64,000 bases of DNA from an uncultured Bacilli bacterium (GTDB lineage: Bacteria; Bacillota_I; Bacilli_A; RF39; UBA660), in NCBI GenBank assembly GCA_934096945.1, contig CAKOND010000005.1, positions 18,088-82,087 of the forward strand, read 5' to 3'. Of this stretch, positions 60,439 through 64,000 are shown one piece after another (position 1 is the first letter of the stretch; each line of letters starts with the position of its first letter). The notes under the pieces are model-generated. The model was not told the origin of the DNA, searched no databases, and saw only the letters and a program-made list of their open reading frames with translations. The translations under genes and the position numbers were made by a program.

Positions 60439-60466
60439 TAATTAATACATTAATATTATATCATTA
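60421..60466. repeat. 46-bp direct repeat DR1 (addB start codon + leader)
   Basis: ATTCATAATATACCTCATTAATTAATACATTAATATTATATCATTA matches 62891-62936 at 44/46 positions. Weaker homology continues to ~60528 / ~62970. Confidence 0.9.
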
Positions 60467-60473
60467 AGCTACT

Positions 60474-60503
60474 TAAAAAGATAATGTTTTTTGCATTATC
60501 TTT
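60474..60503 (-). terminator. Rho-independent terminator of paralog-B transcript
   Basis: On the minus strand: AGATAATG-caaaaaa-CATTATCT followed by TTTTT. This lies in the 31-nt stretch that is absent from DR2. Confidence 0.7.
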
Positions 60504-60544
60504 GAAATTTTGAAACTCTACGTAATTATAATGGGGTTACTTAT

Positions 60545-60696
60545 AAGTATGTTGATAACTCGGCGCCGCTGCCTCACCTCGCACAAACCGCGAGACTCGG
60601 CAGTTGGGTCTTCCACCACGCCAATCTCTTCACTTCGCATTATTTTGCACCCGGCCTGACCTAGCACGCGGACGCGCTAGACAGGCATGTCCGATC
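60545..60696 (-). other. GC-rich (~60% by hand count) structured non-coding element 3' of paralog B, unknown function
   Basis: Hairpins CTAGC(A)CG-cgga-CG(C)GCTAG (60661-60680) and CTGCC-tcac-CTCGC-acaaacc-GCGAG-actc-GGCAG (60569-60603). There is no long ORF and no similarity to the VR. Confidence 0.5.
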
Positions 60697-62100
60697 CTAG
60701 TTTACCACAATCGGATCAGCGGCTGTGCCGCTTCCCGATGCATAGTTCACGGAAGATGAAAGATTGAAGGACGGCCGCACCGCAGTGCTGCTGTACACAA
60801 AGTTGTTGTACACGTAACCACCGAAGTACACAAAGAACGCACTGATCGAAATGTCCGCACTACGGGAAATAGTCCATTCTGTAGCACCTATATACATCCA
60901 ATTTGCACTTTTGATGTCTGTTCCATCATAATCATAAAAATTTGTTATCCATGCACTTGGGGCTGCTGCAAATCCATAATCACTTGCATACATTAAGCCT
61001 ATTTTTTTATTTACACTTGGTGATGAATTAATTTCATTTTGATATACTGCTTTGGCTGGTTGGCTAATGCTAATATTATTAAATCCTCCAACCTTCCATG
61101 TTGTTTCTGCTATATTACCTTTTGTTGTTTCATCAAATGCATTTAAAAAATCATTATTTAAATATGTATTTAGACTTGATGTTGACCATGTATTATTACC
61201 ATTACCATCCCAGGCTTTTCCTCCTACAGATGTTGATTTGATTAATTTTACTTGGTTTCCAAATACTCCTATTATTCTGTACAAATTATCTGTTGGACAT
61301 GGTGTTGTACTTCCAAAACATACAAAGTTATTTACACTTTCACTTGCTCCGGCATATCTATAACTATTGTCACCTGCTCCATTTGTTAGTGTACTAGTAT
61401 GATGATAAATATTATTTGCCCCTTGAGTTCCTGTAAATTTACTTATAACATAACCTGCTAATAATTGTTTTTTTTGTATCATCACTTTTGCACTCATGCT
61501 CTTACCAGCATTAGCACTTTGACTTGCATCATAGTTTACAAATGTTACTTTAATATTCCATTTTTCTTCTTTACTTGGGTTTGCAGTTATTTCTCTATTA
61601 TTAAAGAGTGTTATAAGTCCTGATTTATTTGTTATATCATAACCTGATACTTGAGTTCCATTTGCTCCAGTTACGATAACATGATTAAGTGTACTTATAT
61701 TGGTTACTTCATTACCACTACTATCTGTTACTGTCATTATTATTTCTGGTGTATTTTCATTTATTGAATATGTAAATGTATTACTTTCTATATTCAAATA
61801 CAAGTAATAATGTTCTGTTGCTGTATTTGTTTTATTATTTGCTGTGAGCATTGCACTTGCATATGTACTTCCTGTTTGATTTCCTTTTCCACTTGCAAAA
61901 TTATCTTGATTTATACTAAATGATATTGCACTACCACTTGAGAATGTAAATGTATCCACAGTATTTGCATTAACTTTGATGTCCGCTACTGCTGGATCCC
62001 CTACTTGAGCTTGAAAATATGCATATGTTGCAGTTACTACTGTGAGCGCTAATGCTACTATTGCTACTATACTTATTATTTTTGCCTTTTTATTTTCCAT
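60697..62100 (-). CDS. secreted/surface protein, paralog B; C-terminal lectin-like module with hypervariable cassette (putative DGR target)
   Basis: 467 aa. The signal segment + TATYAYFQAQ and residues ~70-215 are near-identical to paralog A. It lacks A's ~130-aa central insert. The C-terminus reads EWTISR...AVRPSFNL. Confidence 0.75.
   Translation of the reverse strand: MENKKAKIISIVAIVALALTVVTATYAYFQAQVGDPAVADIKVNANTVDTFTFSSGSAISFSINQDNFASGKGNQTGSTYASAMLTANNKTNTATEHYYLYLNIESNTFTYSINENTPEIIMTVTDSSGNEVTNISTLNHVIVTGANGTQVSGYDITNKSGLITLFNNREITANPSKEEKWNIKVTFVNYDASQSANAGKSMSAKVMIQKKQLLAGYVISKFTGTQGANNIYHHTSTLTNGAGDNSYRYAGASESVNNFVCFGSTTPCPTDNLYRIIGVFGNQVKLIKSTSVGGKAWDGNGNNTWSTSSLNTYLNNDFLNAFDETTKGNIAETTWKVGGFNNISISQPAKAVYQNEINSSPSVNKKIGLMYASDYGFAAAPSAWITNFYDYDGTDIKSANWMYIGATEWTISRSADISISAFFVYFGGYVYNNFVYSSTAVRPSFNLSSSVNYASGSGTAADPIVVN
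60766..60876 (-). repeat. putative DGR variable region VR-B
   Basis: Gap-free codon alignment with 32900-33010; see findings. Confidence 0.65.
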
Positions 62101-62259
62101 AATTTACTTATCCATCCTTTAACAATATCACACTGGATATTCTCTTTACTATATACTATATTTTAAACAACAAAAAAATAAAAAAAAACATCATATTAAC
62201 GCAAAATTAAAATTTGGCCTAAATATCTTTTCTATAATATTATCATATAAACAATATAC

Positions 62260-62892
62260 TTATAAATTTTCAATTAAAAATACCAACACCTGCAAATAAA
62301 CTTTAAAAGTATTTTCATCTACAAATCCAAGTAATGTTTTTTCTGATAATTTAACAAAGAAAATTCTTTTGATTTTGCATTAGGTTCAATCACAGAATAT
62401 TGAAATTTTTTTGATGCATTTTGAAGTTGCAAAGATAATGAATTATATATTTTTCTAATTTTTAAAGTTTCTAAAGAATTGTTAACATGATTGTTCATAC
62501 CATTTAAAAAAAGTTAAGTCATGCAATAATTCAGAAACACTATCAGGCATACCACCAGAAAGTAAATATTCTTTATAATATGATAAAGCTTTATCATGTA
62601 TAAGCCCCATAGCTTTATTTTTATCAAAACATTCTTTAATTCTATCAAGTAATGCATCTTGATTAAAAGTCATTAAGAATTCTTCAAAATCTATGGGATA
62701 CATATCAATTCTAGAAACTTTACCTACTGGAAAAGGTCTATTTAATCTTGATAATTTAACCCCGAGTAAAGAACCAGCACATATAATTCTTACATTACTA
62801 TGTTTTTCATTGAAAAATTTCAGTTCTGAAATTAATTCTTCATATTTAAAATTATTTTTTATAATATTTAAATTCATTTTTACAAAATTCAT
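62260..62892 (-). pseudogene. decayed AAA-ATPase/DUF4143-family gene (no P-loop N-terminus; frameshifted C-terminal part)
   Basis: ORF 62482..62892 holds the middle region (..ICAGSLLGVKL...FPVGKVSRIDMYPIDFEEFL...GGMP). Downstream, other frames still read ..SKKFQYSVIEPNAKSKEFS.. and ..FKVYLQVLVF.. . Confidence 0.55.
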
Positions 62893-62936
62893 TCATAATA
62901 TACCTCATTAATTAATACATAAATATTATGTCATTA
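62891..62936. repeat. 46-bp direct repeat DR2 (second copy of addB start/leader)
   Basis: See DR1. It includes a second ATGAGGTATATTATGAAT that opens only a short ORF. Confidence 0.9.
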
Positions 62937-63085
62937 TCTTTAAAATTTTATTTCTTTGCTTCTACGATTACCTGAAAGCATACCATTTGCAAAATAATTA
63001 TTATATTTTTCTGTAAATAAATTTTAAGTGGTGTTGAAGATCTTAAATTTTAGCAAAAAAAGATAGAAAACTTAATTCCTATCAT

Positions 63086-64000
63086 TTATTTTTCACTTTT
63101 GTTTTTAAATTGTAACATTATAGGTGTTCCATCAAAGTCAATATTATTTCTAATTTGATTTTCTAAATATCTTTCATAACTAAAATGAACTAATCCTTTA
63201 TTATTTACTGAGAATGTAAATTTTGGTGGACATGTTCCAGTTTGACTTACAAAATATATTTTAAGTCTTTTGCCTTTATATGATGGGGGTTCATGCATGC
63301 TTACTGCTTCCATTATAATGTTATTTAAAACTGATGTTTTTACTTCTTTTCTGTTATTATTATAAGCATTTATTACCTCAGGCATAAGTCCCGATAATCT
63401 TTTTTTAGTCTTAGCACTTAAAAATACAGTGTGAGCATAAGGTATGAATTGGAATTCATTTTTTATATTCTCTTTCCATTTTCTTATATCACTATCTGGA
63501 TTATTTATTGTATCCCACTTATTTACACATATAACTATACCTTTTCCAGCATCTAAAGCATAAGATGCAATATGTTTATCGTGCTCAATAATACCAGTTG
63601 ATGCATCAATTACTAAAACACATACATCACTTCTATCAATTGCTTTAAGACTTCTAATTAAACTATATTTTTCAACACTTTCATAAATTTTACCTTTTTT
63701 ACGCATTCCAGCAGTATCAATTACCGTTATATCTTCATGATTATATTTAAATTTAGTATCAATTGCATCTCTAGTTGTACCCGCTACATCACTTACAATA
63801 GCTCTTTCTTCATTTAATATAGCATTAATTAAACTACTTTTTCCTACATTTGGTCTACCTATTATACAAAATTTAAGAGAACTATCTTCTATTTTTACTT
63901 CTTCTGATAAATCACTAGTAATTGTATTTAATAGGGTATCAAAACCTATGTTGTGAGATGCACTGACTGCCATTAGATCACTAAATCCAAGTTCGTAGTA
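63086..64000 (-). CDS. der: ribosome-associated GTPase Der/EngA (3' two-thirds; continues beyond right edge)
   Basis: Second G domain GRPNVGKSSL, DTAGMRKK, NKWD, and a KH-like C-terminus. The frame is open past the track Met at 63973 (..ELGFSDLMAVSASH..). Confidence 0.9.
   Translation of the reverse strand, partial: YYELGFSDLMAVSASHNIGFDTLLNTITSDLSEEVKIEDSSLKFCIIGRPNVGKSSLINAILNEERAIVSDVAGTTRDAIDTKFKYNHEDITVIDTAGMRKKGKIYESVEKYSLIRSLKAIDRSDVCVLVIDASTGIIEHDKHIASYALDAGKGIVICVNKWDTINNPDSDIRKWKENIKNEFQFIPYAHTVFLSAKTKKRLSGLMPEVINAYNNNRKEVKTSVLNNIIMEAVSMHEPPSYKGKRLKIYFVSQTGTCPPKFTFSVNNKGLVHFSYERYLENQIRNNIDFDGTPIMLQFKNKSEK

Noticed and set aside
60545-60696. Considered whether the GC-rich stretch 3' of gene B is the missing DGR template repeat.
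   Set aside because: By-eye comparison on both strands shows no similarity to the VR cassette (no ...ACGGGAAATAGTCCA... or scaffold codons). It lacks the AAY-rich pattern expected of a TR.

Overview
This is a 64-kb chromosomal segment from a very AT-rich, low-GC Gram-positive (Bacillota-type) genome; G+C was not computed. Almost all genes are on the minus strand. The backbone is housekeeping: smc-rnc, five tRNAs, an ArsR/P-type ATPase metal pair, priA, the rpe-rsgA-prkC-stp-rlmN...fmt cluster, and nfo. It continues with a PlsC/acyl-CoA-ligase/PlsC lipid module, valS with a T-box leader, an alr-like gene, pnp-rpsO, and infC-rpmI-rplT (attenuator leader, AUU start). It ends with proS, nusB/xseA/xseB, a sortase, two flavoproteins, addAB and der.

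Unusual content:
(1) Two paralogous secreted proteins (32831-34618 and 60697-62100) end in the same ~100-nt GC-rich, almost adenine-free cassette. The two copies differ almost only at codon positions 1-2 of NNY codons. This is the signature of diversity-generating retroelement (DGR) variable regions. I could not find a template repeat, Avd or reverse transcriptase in the window, so the mutagenic unit would have to act in trans or be lost.
(2) Copy B lies in a ~2.5-kb module bounded by 46-bp direct repeats that duplicate the addB start/leader. The module also holds a decayed AAA-ATPase gene and a ~150-nt, ~60% GC structured 3' element of unknown nature.
(3) A plus-strand three-gene island encodes a compact UvrD-like helicase and two tandem minimal kinase-fold paralogs. 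A third, truncated paralog sits next to an orphan AbiEii-type nucleotidyltransferase.
(4) The nusB-xseA-xseB unit is interrupted by a PI3K/HipA-like kinase-fold gene and a 5'-truncated dinD-like gene.
(5) An Rpn-type PD-(D/E)XK nuclease gene carries a tandem partial duplication.
(6) Ribosomal protein L20 has a Rho_N/SAP-like C-terminal extension.
(7) Two convergent small-RNA candidates, each delimited by a promoter and a terminator, lie next to the tRNAs.

No rRNA, CRISPR array or intact IS/integrase was recognised. The ORF track translates GTG/TTG starts as M, so several 5' ends were re-assessed.
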